A stretch of DNA of 36,177 bases from Patescibacteria group bacterium (GCA_019744845.1 JAIETW010000001.1:243999-280175), one strand, 5' to 3'; counted from the first letter of the stretch, positions 1-10,861 are shown. The notes: generated by a model from the sequence alone, not told the origin. Made by a program: numbers and translations.

Positions 1-1
1 T

Positions 2-2638
2 ACCAGAAGCAACCCCAAGACCTGCCCACGGTGTAGAAGAAGCAATACCAATTGCGGTTTCGGCAATGACATTGCCATTTCCAGACGGAGTGCCCGTCGG
101 ACATGATCCTCCCGTACACACAAAGAGGTTCTCATCAAGAAGTGACACGTCTCCTCCTTGTGCATCAATCACCAAGTCTCCCACTGAAGTACTCTGAAAT
201 TGCGCATAGCGAGTCGCATCATAGGAAACCTTAAGTTGTGAGGCTCCTACAGTATTAAAAATCTCAAGCTTGGTATCAGGGTCAGTCACACCAATGCCCA
301 CCAGGTTCCCAGCATTGTCTCCAAAGAGAAGTCCACCATCAAAGTTGAAGTTGCCGCCCCCAACAACGGAGAGAGTGGCGCCTGCGGAACCCACTTGGAA
401 CGTGCCGCTCGTCGTCACGGTGCCTGATGAATCAACAGAGATACCTTCATCACCACCATCACCTGACAAGAAGTTAGAGCCAAGAAGTATGTTTGCAGCA
501 GAACCAGAAAGAGTAAACGAAGAAGAGAGCGTTGCAGCGGCGGCGGAGATGGTGCCGGTAAACGTCGGACTTGCAGAAAATACAACTGAGCCCGTTCCCG
601 TCTCATCGGACAATGACGCCGCAAGATCTGCAGAAGCACAGGTGACAGTAAGTGCGCCGCCAGTCGTCGTACAAACGGCCCGTGCAGAAGTAAGACCCGA
701 GAATGTAATCGTACCGGAAGAGGTAAGGCCGGTAAGAGATCCAAGCGTACCCACGATCGTAGAGTTACCCGTTGCGGCAAGACCTCCGGAAGACACCGTA
801 AGAGTGGTTGGGGTCGTGATGGCACCCGTAGTTGCAATCGTGGTACTTGCTGACCCTCCTATAGAGAACAGGTTACCCGTAAGCGTGCCAGAGAAGAGCG
901 TGGTAGAGGTGGCGTTTGCAAGAGAGGTGTTGCCCGAGAGGGTCGTACCAGAAAGTGTAGGACTGGTACCAAACACGAGTGCCCCAGAACCCGTCTCCCC
1001 TGTGACCGCGCTCGCGAGGTTTGCTGTTGAAGGGGTTGCAAGGAAAGTTGCGACTCCAGTGCCAAGACCAGAGATACCCGTTGAGACGGGAAGTCCGGTG
1101 GCATTTGTAAGCGTGAGTGCAGATGGTGTGCCGAGGTTTGGAGTGACCAGCGTCGGACTCGTTGCAAATACAAGGGAGCCTGAACCCGTTTCATCAGAAA
1201 TAGAGTTTGAGAGCGCTGCAGACGCTGCGGTGGTGGTGAGCTCTCCACCAGTCGTCGTAAACACGGTGCGATCCGCAGTAAGTCCGGAGAAGGTAATGGT
1301 GCCAGATGAGGTCACTCCCGTGAGTGAACTCAAAGTACCCACGATCGTTGAGTTACCCGTCACAGTGAGACCTCCGGAAGATACAGTAAGCGTAGTTGGT
1401 GTGGTGACGGCACCCGTGGAAGAAATAGTGGTACTTGCACTTCCACCTACTGCAAGCGATGTACCAGTAAGTGCACCAGAAAAGAACGTGGTGGACGTCG
1501 CGTTGGTAAGTGAGGTGTTACCCGAAAGAGTGACTCCGGAGAGTGTCGGGTTCGTTCCAAACACTGCAGCACCTGAACCAGTTTCGTCGGTGAGCGCAGC
1601 CGCAAGGTTTGCACTTGAAGGAGTGCCGAGAAGAGTTGCAACACCAGTGCCAAGACCAGCGATACCCGTTGAGACCGGGAGTCCACTCGCATCCACGAGA
1701 TTAAACGCAGGGGTTGCATCGCTTCCGCCAAGCGCAACGGAAACACCTCCGTATGACACTGAGGTATTCGTCAAACTAAGCGCACCTGCAGTCACCGAAA
1801 GACCAGTACCACTTAGATCAGTGACCACATCTCCGCCAAGCGCGAGACGCGTAATCTCTGCGTTCGGGAACGTAGAAGTGGCGACTGAAGAAGTAGCAGT
1901 AAAGATGAGTCCGGTGGTAGTCCCATATGTGCTCACCTGGTTACGGAAGAGTGCGTTTCCTATCACCTCCAAAATATTTCCGGTAGTTGAAGTTGCACTT
2001 CCTCCCACGATCACTACATCTGACGTGTCATCAGGATAGACGGCAAGACTGTCACTTGTGGTTGCCCATGCACCACTTCCTCCCCCTCCAACTGAGTCTG
2101 GCTCCCATGACGGTACACCACCGAGCACCTTAAGCACTTCTCCTGCTGATCCAATCCCAAGCTTGGTCAGCGTGGTTGCGTTTGATGCATACAAAAGATC
2201 TCCCGTGGTGTAGCTCGTCTGCCCTGTTCCACCATAGATTGCCTGAATAGAGGTTGTGGCCGACACAACGCCTGCATTAGCCTGCAGTGGACCATTCAAA
2301 GATCCAACAGTCAGCGTGGATGATACGCCGATAGTTTCAATGGAAATGTCACCAATCGTGGCGGTCTCCGCAATAAGATCAGTGGTGCTTGCAGTACCAG
2401 ACACTGTAATCGCAGTGCTTGAAGCATACGGGAATGTGCTTGCCTGACTGGTAGAAGTAGCAGTGAAGTACGGCGCCTCTACTTCTCCGCTTGATGAGAA
2501 TCCAGTCGCACTGAACGTGCCGTCAACGGTAAGATCGCCCCCAATCGTTGCGTTCCCCGTGACCGTAAGGGTGATGGTCGTAAATGCCTCTGCAATACTA
2601 TCCATCGCTCCGTCAATGCTGTTCGTCACGGAGTCATA
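2..2638 (-). CDS. Large Thr/Ser/Gly-rich repetitive surface/fibre-like protein, downstream (main) frame; partial, runs off the left edge
   Basis: Hand translation of the minus strand (YDSVTNSIDGAMDS...PYFTATSTSQASTFPYASSTA...GGTGQTSYTTGDLLYAS...GIGVTDPDTKLEI...) shows no stop to the window edge. It is absent from the ORF track because its stop is outside the window. The + ORF 270..2039 is its antisense shadow. Confidence 0.85.
562..1690 (-). repeat. Intragenic tandem duplication, period 588 nt (196 aa)
   Basis: ccagtgccaagaccag occurs at 1056 and 1644, and cccgt(c/t)tcatc at 597 and 1185; both offsets are 588. GLPVSTGI(A/S)GLGTGVAT and TTPTTLTVSSGGL each occur twice. Confidence 0.9.
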
Positions 2639-3150
2639 AAACGATCCACCTGATTTGAAAAATTCTCTTGCGACACTCCAGAAGAACTTCCACCACCCCC
2701 CGACGCAGACTCTCGGATAATTGTGGTTGGGTTATTCGTGACGTACGTATTTTCTACGACCGTGGTGTACGTCGGCGTACCACTCGGAGACGTAGAAACG
2801 GTATACGACGGTAGTACTTCTGCAGGAGGAGGAATAGTGGTGGTCACTACCGTCGAAGGTACCGTAGGAGTAGCAGGTGCGGGAGAAGACGATGGTGTAC
2901 GTGGCGCAATCGGCTCTGCTTCCTTACAGAGATCAAGACTCAACCAACTGGTCACCCCGCACCACACATCTACAAAGAGATTGCCCGTCAATGCGGCTGC
3001 AGCAGAGAGAGACTCATGCGCGGCTGCGGCGAACTGCACACCTGGTGACTTCTCCAGCACCTCTGCCTCCACCGAGATCGGAAAAGAGCAGAAGAGGGTC
3101 ACGGCTACCGCAATAGCCGCCCCACCCCGTGGATCGGTCAGGCGAATCAT
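2626..3150 (-). CDS. N-terminal part (signal/anchor segment + Pro/Thr-rich linker) of the large surface protein; ends at a frame break
   Basis: MIRLTDPRGGAAIAVAVTLFCSFPISVEA is signal-like and followed by a PT-rich stretch. TATAAT lies 7 nt before ATG 3150. TGA at 2626-2628 overlaps the start of the long -1 frame. Confidence 0.75.
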   Translation of the reverse strand: MIRLTDPRGGAAIAVAVTLFCSFPISVEAEVLEKSPGVQFAAAAHESLSAAAALTGNLFVDVWCGVTSWLSLDLCKEAEPIAPRTPSSSPAPATPTVPSTVVTTTIPPPAEVLPSYTVSTSPSGTPTYTTVVENTYVTNNPTTIIRESASGGGGSSSGVSQENFSNQVDRFMTP

Positions 3151-3208
3151 CCTCCTTATTATATGCTTTATTCGTGAAAAACTGGAATCAAAATCTGTGG
3201 GGAACGTG

Positions 3209-3652
3209 CTATACGCTCGTCTTTGAAAGACCGTGCGGGAGTGGACAGGTTCCCACCGCTGCCTTTTGTGCGCCGTACACGGACACATAGAGAAGACCCG
3301 CGATGATCTGGAGACAGCTGAAGAAGGTCATCATCTGCATTTGATCACTTAGATCACGGCCAAAGAACACCGCAATGAGTGCCGTGAACACAATCAGTAC
3401 CGCAGCAGCCGTACGCGAGTTGTACCCGACGATAAGTGCGATACCCGCACCGACTTCAACAATGAAAGCGAGGGTCACTGCGATCATCGCAAACGGAATG
3501 CCGACCGCAGCAGACATCTCTACCTGTCCTGCAAATGTTTCCGTGCCTGGGATTTTGTAGAAGGCGCTGTACAGAAAGAGCGCACCGAAGAGCACGCGCG
3601 CGACAACGGGAGCCCACTGTTCATACGGACGGGTAAGATGTGGAAGGGTCAT
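3209..3652 (-). CDS. DoxX family membrane protein
   Basis: 147 aa, about 4 TM segments, pattern ARVLFGALFLYSAFYK...EVGAGIALIVGYNSRTAA. Confidence 0.85.
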   Translation of the reverse strand: MTLPHLTRPYEQWAPVVARVLFGALFLYSAFYKIPGTETFAGQVEMSAAVGIPFAMIAVTLAFIVEVGAGIALIVGYNSRTAAAVLIVFTALIAVFFGRDLSDQMQMMTFFSCLQIIAGLLYVSVYGAQKAAVGTCPLPHGLSKTSV

Positions 3653-3732
3653 AGGAATGAAAATAGATTAATACTCTACTCATGGTACCCTTCCTAAGAT
3701 TCAAATCAACTCTTCCATTGGGAGATCCAGTC

Positions 3733-5229
3733 ATGTTGTATTTCACCATTTTCTCAACCAACGCTGCGATTCTCATATTTGAAATTGCCGGTGCACATCT
3801 TCTTGCCCCCTATCTCGGCACCTCGGTAGAGGTGTGGTCTGGCACTATTGCGGTCATTTTGGGTGGTATGGCTATCGGGTATTGGGTGGCAGGTATCATT
3901 GCCGATCAGCGCTCATCGCGCGCCATGCTTTCACTCTTGATGTGCGCGAGTGGTCTTGCCGCACTACTTGCCTGGAGCACACGTGATCTTATCCCCTCCC
4001 TTTTTGCGACTTCGTTCAGTCTCCCTCTTACGTTTACTGCAATGGCGACCGCAGCCCTGCTGTTTCTCCCGACGACTATTCTTCTTGCCTCTATCTCACC
4101 CTTCGTCGCAAAAGCACTTATTGTGCATCTTGAGTCATCTGGCCGAGTCGTAGGTCGTTTGAATGCGATAGGAACACTCGGAAGTATTACGGGTGCAGTG
4201 ATTACCAGCACCTTCCTTATTCCTTCTTTTGGGGTCGGTGCCATCTTTCTTTGTATTGCACTATTTTTGCTCGCTCTTTCGTTTGTCCTTGGAGTGAGTC
4301 ACCTCAAAATGAAACTAGCCGCACTGGTGATCGTAAGTGCGATCTCATTCAGTTTGTACTACGGACCTACGCATACACAGGACGCAATTGCTGATATCTC
4401 TACCACCTATAACCGGATCTGGATTGTAGAAGATGAATACAGAGGAGAGATGCTGCGTATGCTTAAAACAGATCCCTTCGGCATACAGTGCGCAATGCTT
4501 CTTCTTCCCGACGGTACAGTGGATGAAACCACCCTCTCTTTTAACTACCTCCGAGGGTTTGAGGCAGTCGCACGCGAAGTCGCTCCACAGGAAGAGGTAA
4601 ACGCACTTTTTCTTGGAGGATGTAACTACTCACATCCCCGTGCCTTCTTATCCGCTCGTCCTGACGCGCGCGCGACCGTAGTGGAGATTGATCCCGGCAT
4701 GACCGAAGTTGCGGAAACCTATTTTGGATTTGTGCCCGAGAACTTCCCTTCTCTTTCCATTGCACACGCAGACGCACGCAGATTTCTTGTAGAACACGAA
4801 CAAGACTACGATCTTATTTTCATGGATGTGTTTAACGCCTCTTCAAACACCCCCTACCATCTCACTACCACTGAGATGTTTACCCTTCTGTCGGAGCGCG
4901 TGACACCAGAAGGAGTGGTGATGGTGAATCTCATAAGTCCGCTTGAAGGAGGGGCGGGCGCCTTTGCCTCCTCCATGCTTGCCACCGCACGCACTGCATT
5001 CCCTTATGTGGAACTTTACGCACAAGACAATACTGCCCTGTCTCAAACACAAAATGTACTCTTGGTCGGAAGCACCGTCCCTCTCGCAGAAAGATACGGC
5101 TCAACACGCGTAGATGGCGTTCGTCTCTCTCGTGTTGATGACGCTCTTTTGCCTCCGTCTATTATCTTGAATGATGATTTTGCACCCGTAGAATTCCTTA
5201 CTCGTCAGATTCGTGGATCGTCATTGTGA
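3733..5229 (+). CDS. Fused membrane domain + spermidine-synthase-like (class I SAM-dependent) protein
   Basis: N-terminal multi-TM region (FEIAGAHLLAPYLGTSVEVWS, GRLNAIGTLGSITG) and C-terminal VVEIDP, ADARRFL, YDLIFMDVF, LNDDFAPVE motifs. The start could alternatively be 3682. Confidence 0.85.
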   Translation: MLYFTIFSTNAAILIFEIAGAHLLAPYLGTSVEVWSGTIAVILGGMAIGYWVAGIIADQRSSRAMLSLLMCASGLAALLAWSTRDLIPSLFATSFSLPLTFTAMATAALLFLPTTILLASISPFVAKALIVHLESSGRVVGRLNAIGTLGSITGAVITSTFLIPSFGVGAIFLCIALFLLALSFVLGVSHLKMKLAALVIVSAISFSLYYGPTHTQDAIADISTTYNRIWIVEDEYRGEMLRMLKTDPFGIQCAMLLLPDGTVDETTLSFNYLRGFEAVAREVAPQEEVNALFLGGCNYSHPRAFLSARPDARATVVEIDPGMTEVAETYFGFVPENFPSLSIAHADARRFLVEHEQDYDLIFMDVFNASSNTPYHLTTTEMFTLLSERVTPEGVVMVNLISPLEGGAGAFASSMLATARTAFPYVELYAQDNTALSQTQNVLLVGSTVPLAERYGSTRVDGVRLSRVDDALLPPSIILNDDFAPVEFLTRQIRGSSL

Positions 5230-5257
5230 TTCCTACCATAGTGGTAAAATCCATTCT

Positions 5258-6196
5258 ATGAGTCGCCTCCTTGTTGCAGGGTCTTTGGCCTATGACCGGA
5301 TCATGGTATTTCCTGGGCGATTTGAGCAGCATCTTCTCAAAGACGCCCTCCATTCTATTAATGTGTGTTTTTCCGTCACTCCGCCAAAAGAAGAATTTGG
5401 AGGTTGCGCAGGTAACATCGCATACACCCTTTCCCTTCTTGGTGGCGCTCCCGTCATCTTGGCAACTGCAGGTAATGACTTTGCGCGCTACGAGGAACAT
5501 TTAAAAGAAGAAGGAGTCGCCACCACTCCCATTCAAGTCTATGGCGATGTACCTTCTTCATCGTTCTATGTGATTACCGATGAAGGAAATAACCAGATAG
5601 GCGCCTTCTCACACGGCGCTGATGCGAAGCCCTACACCTATGACATTGATTTTAATGATGTGGTACTCGCCATTGTGGCGCCCACAGGCGTAGAAGACAT
5701 GCGTGAGTTCCCAGAAAAGTTTAAAGAGGCAAATGTTCCGTACCTCTTTGATCCAGGGCAGCAAATCACGAGCTTGTCTGCGGATGAACTCCGAAGTGGA
5801 ATCTCCAGTTCGCGAGCACTTCTCGTGAATGATTACGAGCTTGCCCTCATTGTGGAAAAGACGGAATGGGATGAGGAGCGCATTGCCTCTGAAACAGAAA
5901 TGCTCATTGTCACCCTTGGAGGAGCAGGATCGCGGATTCGTACTCGTGATGAGGCATTCCATATAGAGGCGGTAGCCGCAAAGTCAGTCGTAGATCCAAC
6001 AGGTGCAGGTGACGCATATCGTGCAGGTTTTATGCATGCACTTGCGGAAGGCCTCTCTGCCCGAGAAGCAATGCAGGTAGGAAGCGCGGTAGCCGCGTAT
6101 GCCGTGGAGTGCTATGGTACTCAAAACCACCGCTTTACCCTTGATGAACTGAAGACCCGCTACGAAGATACCTACCACTCTTCCTTCCCTCTCTAA
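5258..6196 (+). CDS. PfkB family carbohydrate/nucleoside kinase, probably adenosine kinase
   Basis: [40 protein letters not shown] motifs; directly upstream of ahcY. Start set at ATG 5258, 7 nt after TAAAAT. Confidence 0.88.
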   Translation: MSRLLVAGSLAYDRIMVFPGRFEQHLLKDALHSINVCFSVTPPKEEFGGCAGNIAYTLSLLGGAPVILATAGNDFARYEEHLKEEGVATTPIQVYGDVPSSSFYVITDEGNNQIGAFSHGADAKPYTYDIDFNDVVLAIVAPTGVEDMREFPEKFKEANVPYLFDPGQQITSLSADELRSGISSSRALLVNDYELALIVEKTEWDEERIASETEMLIVTLGGAGSRIRTRDEAFHIEAVAAKSVVDPTGAGDAYRAGFMHALAEGLSAREAMQVGSAVAAYAVECYGTQNHRFTLDELKTRYEDTYHSSFPL

Positions 6197-6197
6197 T

Positions 6198-7448
6198 ATG
6201 GACTACGACATTGCAAATCCTGATCTTTCGGCCGAAGGTGCCACGCGTCTTGCCTGGGCTGACAATGACATGCCCGTGCTCCGCGCAATTCGTGAACGCT
6301 TTGAGAAAGAACAACCATTCAAAGGAAAAAATCTTGCTGCCTGTCTCCATGTCACTGCGGAAACCGGAAACCTAATGCGCACCCTCAAAGCAGGAGGAGC
6401 GAATGTAGTTCTCTGTGCGTCCAACCCTCTTTCTACGCAAGATGACATTGCGGCCACCCTCGTAAAAGATCACGACATTCCTGTGTACGCAAAGAAAGGG
6501 GAAGATCGTGATACCTTCTTTGCCCATCTGAAGAAAGTGATCTCCTACAACCCACATCTCACCATGGATGATGGCGCGGATCTGGTTTCCACCATTCACA
6601 AAGAACATCCAGACCTCATTCCTTCTATTGTCGGCGGTACTGAAGAAACAACGACGGGCGTCATTCGCCTTCGTGCGATGGCAAAGAATGGTGCACTCAA
6701 GTTCCCCATCGTTGCAGTGAATGATGCAAAGACCAAGAATATGTTTGATAACCGCTATGGTACAGGCCAATCAACACTTGATGGCATTGTGCGCGCCACC
6801 GATGTACTTCTTGCAGGAAAAGTATTTGTCGTTGCGGGATATGGCTGGTGTGGTCGTGGTCTCGCACTTCGTGCACGCGGCATGGGTGCACAAGTAATCG
6901 TGACCGAAGTAGATGCAATCAAAGCGCTTGAAGCATCTATGGATGGCTTCCGTGTCGCAACCATGGAAGAGGCTTCTCCAATCGGTGATATTTTCTGTAC
7001 GGCAACCGGGAACATTCATGTCATCCGTCTTGAGCATTTGAAGCGTATGAAAGATGGTGCAATCGTTGCGAATACCGGACACTTTGATGTGGAGATAGAT
7101 GTGGCAGCACTCAAGAACGCGGCGACCTCAGTACGTGAGAACGTACGTCCTTCAGTAGATGAGTACATGCTTGGGAAGAATCGCATCAACCTTCTTGCTG
7201 AGGGTCGTCTCGTGAATCTTGCCGCTGCAGAAGGACATCCTGCCTCCGTGATGGACATGAGCTTTGCGACTCAGGCACTCTCTGCTGCGTGGATGGCAAC
7301 GCAGGCACTTACTCCTCAGGTATACGAAGTGCCAGAAGAAATAGAAGAGACCGTCGCCACTCTTAAGCTTTCTGCTATGGGTATTACCGTTGATACGCTT
7401 ACTCCTGAACAGCAGAAGTATCTCTCCGATTGGGAGAGTGGTACTTAG
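6198..7448 (+). CDS. ahcY: Adenosylhomocysteinase (SAH hydrolase), short type
   Basis: [57 protein letters not shown]. Confidence 0.97.
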   Translation: MDYDIANPDLSAEGATRLAWADNDMPVLRAIRERFEKEQPFKGKNLAACLHVTAETGNLMRTLKAGGANVVLCASNPLSTQDDIAATLVKDHDIPVYAKKGEDRDTFFAHLKKVISYNPHLTMDDGADLVSTIHKEHPDLIPSIVGGTEETTTGVIRLRAMAKNGALKFPIVAVNDAKTKNMFDNRYGTGQSTLDGIVRATDVLLAGKVFVVAGYGWCGRGLALRARGMGAQVIVTEVDAIKALEASMDGFRVATMEEASPIGDIFCTATGNIHVIRLEHLKRMKDGAIVANTGHFDVEIDVAALKNAATSVRENVRPSVDEYMLGKNRINLLAEGRLVNLAAAEGHPASVMDMSFATQALSAAWMATQALTPQVYEVPEEIEETVATLKLSAMGITVDTLTPEQQKYLSDWESGT

Positions 7449-8068
7449 TATCCAAGTTCTTCGCGTGGAATTGCTCCCTCACGCAAAATGCGTGGCGTAT
7501 CGCCGTGGGCAAACGATATCACCGTAGAGGACACTCCTCCTCCGCATTCACCTCCATCAATAATTACGGATACGTGTTCAATGTCAGGGCCAAAGTGTTC
7601 AATCATACTTTGGATGTCGCGCGGTGTAGGAATGCCCGCACGGTTCGCGCTCGTAGAAGTAATTGGTCCACCAAAGGCTGCACCAAGTGCACGTGAGAAC
7701 GTGTCACCAGGCACACGAATACCGACCGCATCATTCAAAAGCACTTCTTTCGGTGCATGCTCTGTCGCGGGGAGTACGAGGGTAAGTGCGCCTGGCAGAT
7801 GGCGCTCTGCGATGGCACGGGCCTCAGGAGAAAGTTCTCCATAGCGTTCTATGTGATCAATGGTGGGGACCAATATAGATACTGGCTTCTTCTGTTCACG
7901 GACCTTAAGTGTACGCAGACGCACAAGCGCGTCAGGATCAAGCGCGTTCACCCCGAAGCCGTAAATGGTATCGGTGGGATAGATGATTATCCCTCCCTGA
8001 GCAAGAGCTTCAGCCGCTGCCCGTGCAGCCTCTTCAAGGTTTTCGTCAGTTAAACGTATGATCTTCAT
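7445..8068 (-). CDS. tsaC: L-threonylcarbamoyladenylate synthase (YrdC/Sua5 domain)
   Basis: YPTDTIYG, Kx[30 protein letters not shown]. Confidence 0.92.
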   Translation of the reverse strand: MKIIRLTDENLEEAARAAAEALAQGGIIIYPTDTIYGFGVNALDPDALVRLRTLKVREQKKPVSILVPTIDHIERYGELSPEARAIAERHLPGALTLVLPATEHAPKEVLLNDAVGIRVPGDTFSRALGAAFGGPITSTSANRAGIPTPRDIQSMIEHFGPDIEHVSVIIDGGECGGGVSSTVISFAHGDTPRILREGAIPREELGY

Positions 8069-8118
8069 ACGGTTTGAATACTATCTGAAAGTGCGATATT
8101 GTGCGAGGGCCGTAGCAT

Positions 8119-8194
8119 GCGCGGTTAGCTCAGTTGGTAGAGCATTCCCTTGACGTGGGAAGGGTCAGAGGTTCGAATCCTCTATCGCGCACCA
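8119..8194 (+). tRNA. tRNA-Val(GAC), CCA encoded
   Basis: gcgcggt-tagctcagttggtagagc-ttccc TTGACGT gggaa-ggttcgaatcc-atcgcgc ACCA. Confidence 0.96.
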
Positions 8195-8195
8195 A

Positions 8196-9968
8196 TCATT
8201 CCTCCAAGAAGCCGCCGGCCTGATGGTTCCAGAGGTCTGCGTAGACTCCCTTCTTTGCAATAAGATCGTCGTGCGTCCCGTCTTCAATAATCTTTCCTTG
8301 AGAGAAGATGATAAGACGATCCATGGCACGAAGTGTGGACAGACGATGAGCAACCGCAATCACCGTACGTCCTTCCATCAGATTGAGAAGTGCTTTCTGC
8401 ACAAGCACCTCGCTTTCACTATCAAGAGCACTGGTGGCCTCATCAAGAAGGAGGATTGGCGCGTTCTTGAGAAGTGCACGGGCAATCACAATGCGCTGGC
8501 GCTGGCCTCCGGAGAGCTTAATACCGCGCTCGCCTACCAATGATTCATAGCCTCCCGGGAGCTTTTCAATAAATTCATGTGCCTGTGCCTGTGTTGCAGC
8601 GGCAATTACTTCTTCGCGGGTGGCCTCCGGTCTACTGTAGGCAATATTTTCATGAATCGTGCGATGGAAAAGGGATGGCTCCTGTGGTACCACCGCAATC
8701 TTTTCGCGCAAACTTTCTTTGGTGACCTCTGCAATATTTTCGTCTCCAAGGAGAATGGCGCCGCCACTCAAGTCATAGTGACGAAGAAGAAGCTTCACGA
8801 GTGTGGTTTTTCCGGCACCACTTCTACCGACGAGACCGACGCGCTGCCCCGCAGGGATAGTGAAGGAGAGATTGTTAAACACCTCTGTTCCTTCATACTT
8901 AAACGACACCTTATCAAACGCAATGCTTGCCTCTGTAAGCGCAAGTGTGCTCGCGCCCTCCCGATCCGACACGGTGTGCGGGCGCACAATATCTGCAAGA
9001 CTCTCTGAAAGCTGACCCCATACCTCCGTAAAGTGATTGAACTGACTTCCGAGGAAGATAAAGCGTTCTTCAAGAAGCCATACCATCGCAAGCATAAGAA
9101 CGACATCTCCTGGCGTGAGTACCCCCTGTATGGCGAGATACACCGACGCAAACACAATTGCCGCCATGAAGAAGTTGATAATCACTCCGTTCCAGAGAAG
9201 AGTCCATTCACCAAACTGCCAGTTCTTCATACCGAGCTCGCGACGTTTCAAAAGGAAGGTCTTCAAGCGAATATCTTCAAAGTTACGCTTTGCAAATTCA
9301 TGCACCGAAAGAATATTGGTGAGAGAGTCTACGGTTGCACCATTCAACTCAGTTTCTGCATCCTGTGCAGCAATAGAAAGCGGAATACGCTTTTTTGAGT
9401 AGTAGTAGTTGTACGGAATGATAATGACAAAGAGACTGAGAAGAATGAAGCCGATGAGTGGGCTTGTGAGAAAGACCACAATAAAACTAGTAAGCACTGA
9501 GATCACGAACGAAAGGAGCTGCCAGAGGAACCCTTCCACCATGTCTCGTGCACCATCCCCCGCTTGTTTAATGCGGCTCAAGAGCGATCCTGCAAAACGA
9601 TCAGAGAAATATTGATAGCTGTGTCGTGAAAGGTGCGCAAAGAGTGCAGAGCGCGCCGTCGCACGTACACCCGTGGCCCATCGCATACCCGCAAACCCGC
9701 TTCCACGCCACAGCAGGTGACCAGTGAGTGCAATTACAAAATAGAGAGTCACTGCCCACACGAGTGGCATGTAAATACCATCATTTAGCATGAACGCACT
9801 GTCGGTAATGAGCTTATAGAGGTATGGAGCGACGCCATTGGTGATGGCCGCAAGCGTTACAAAGAAGGTCGCAAGGAGTGCCATCTTCCTATGAGGACGA
9901 GAGATGAAGAGAAAAAACGAAATTGGATTCAATTTCGTTGGGAGGTCATCACGCCACATAGATTTCAT
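8196..9968 (-). CDS. ABC exporter, fused permease + ATPase
   Basis: N-terminal TM domain, Walker A GRSGAGKTT, signature LSGGQRQR, Walker B LLLDEATSALD, AHRLST. Confidence 0.95.
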   Translation of the reverse strand: MKSMWRDDLPTKLNPISFFLFISRPHRKMALLATFFVTLAAITNGVAPYLYKLITDSAFMLNDGIYMPLVWAVTLYFVIALTGHLLWRGSGFAGMRWATGVRATARSALFAHLSRHSYQYFSDRFAGSLLSRIKQAGDGARDMVEGFLWQLLSFVISVLTSFIVVFLTSPLIGFILLSLFVIIIPYNYYYSKKRIPLSIAAQDAETELNGATVDSLTNILSVHEFAKRNFEDIRLKTFLLKRRELGMKNWQFGEWTLLWNGVIINFFMAAIVFASVYLAIQGVLTPGDVVLMLAMVWLLEERFIFLGSQFNHFTEVWGQLSESLADIVRPHTVSDREGASTLALTEASIAFDKVSFKYEGTEVFNNLSFTIPAGQRVGLVGRSGAGKTTLVKLLLRHYDLSGGAILLGDENIAEVTKESLREKIAVVPQEPSLFHRTIHENIAYSRPEATREEVIAAATQAQAHEFIEKLPGGYESLVGERGIKLSGGQRQRIVIARALLKNAPILLLDEATSALDSESEVLVQKALLNLMEGRTVIAVAHRLSTLRAMDRLIIFSQGKIIEDGTHDDLIAKKGVYADLWNHQAGGFLEE

Positions 9969-10012
9969 GCTCTCTAGTATACCGCGTCTAAATACGTTAT
10001 AACGGCCTATAT

Positions 10013-10861
10013 ATGGCTCGTACCGTAATCCTCTATCACGGTGACTGCCCCGATGGCTTCGGGGGTGCCTTTGCTGCCTGGAAGAAGTTTGGCGGTGCTG
10101 CAGAGTATGTGCCCGTAAAGCATGGGCGCCCTGTGCCGGATGGACTTGCAGATGCAGATCTGTACTTCATAGACTTCGTCTACAAGAAACCGGAGATGGA
10201 TCAGATTGCGAAAGAGGCAGCATCTCTCGTCGTGCTTGATCATCATGAAGGTGTGCGCGATGTAGTGGAATCTCTTCCACACCATATATATGATGCGAAT
10301 CGTTCAGGGGCGACTATTGCCTGGAGCTACTTCCATCCTCAAACCCCTGTCCCTACCCTGCTCTCGTATGTAGAGGACGGAGATCTCTATCGTTTTGTGC
10401 TTCCAGATGCCCGTGCACTCCTCTCCTATATATATACGGAGCCGTTCACCTTTGACTCCTGGGACACTATTGCCAGTGAGTTGGAGAACCCTGAGAAGCG
10501 AGCAGAGATGATTGCACGGGGAGAAATCTACCGTCGCCATTCTGATCTCATCATTGATGAGCTTGTAACTGACGCAAAGCTCGTGAAGTTTGAGGGCTAC
10601 ACCTGCTACTTCGCTCCTACCCTAAGTATCTTTGCATCTGATCTTGGAAATCGTCTTGCAAAGAAACGCGGACCCCTTGCCCTTGCCGTGCAAGCACGAC
10701 CCGACGGCCTTCGTGTCTCACTTCGTGGAGATGGTTCCGTAGATGTATCAAAGATTGCACAAAAGTATGGTGGCAATGGCCACCCGAACGCATCCGCATT
10801 CTCGCTTCCATGGGGCACTCCTATCCCTTGGGAAGAAGTCTATGAAGATCCTCGCAATTGA
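10013..10861 (+). CDS. DHH/DHHA1 family phosphoesterase (nanoRNase-like)
   Basis: YHGDCPDG, FIDF, LDHH, SLR, GGNGHPNAS motifs. Confidence 0.9.
   Translation: MARTVILYHGDCPDGFGGAFAAWKKFGGAAEYVPVKHGRPVPDGLADADLYFIDFVYKKPEMDQIAKEAASLVVLDHHEGVRDVVESLPHHIYDANRSGATIAWSYFHPQTPVPTLLSYVEDGDLYRFVLPDARALLSYIYTEPFTFDSWDTIASELENPEKRAEMIARGEIYRRHSDLIIDELVTDAKLVKFEGYTCYFAPTLSIFASDLGNRLAKKRGPLALAVQARPDGLRVSLRGDGSVDVSKIAQKYGGNGHPNASAFSLPWGTPIPWEEVYEDPRN

Noticed and set aside
562-1690. CRISPR array or DGR template/variable repeat pair
   Set aside because: The repeats are long, in-frame and adjacent within one CDS; there are no spacers, cas genes or reverse transcriptase in the window, and no obvious adenine-only mismatch pattern.
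270-2039. 589-aa + strand ORF
   Set aside because: Antisense shadow of the Thr/Ser/Gly-rich minus-strand gene; its Val/Pro/Glu bias is what reverse-complemented ACN/GGN/TCN-rich DNA produces.
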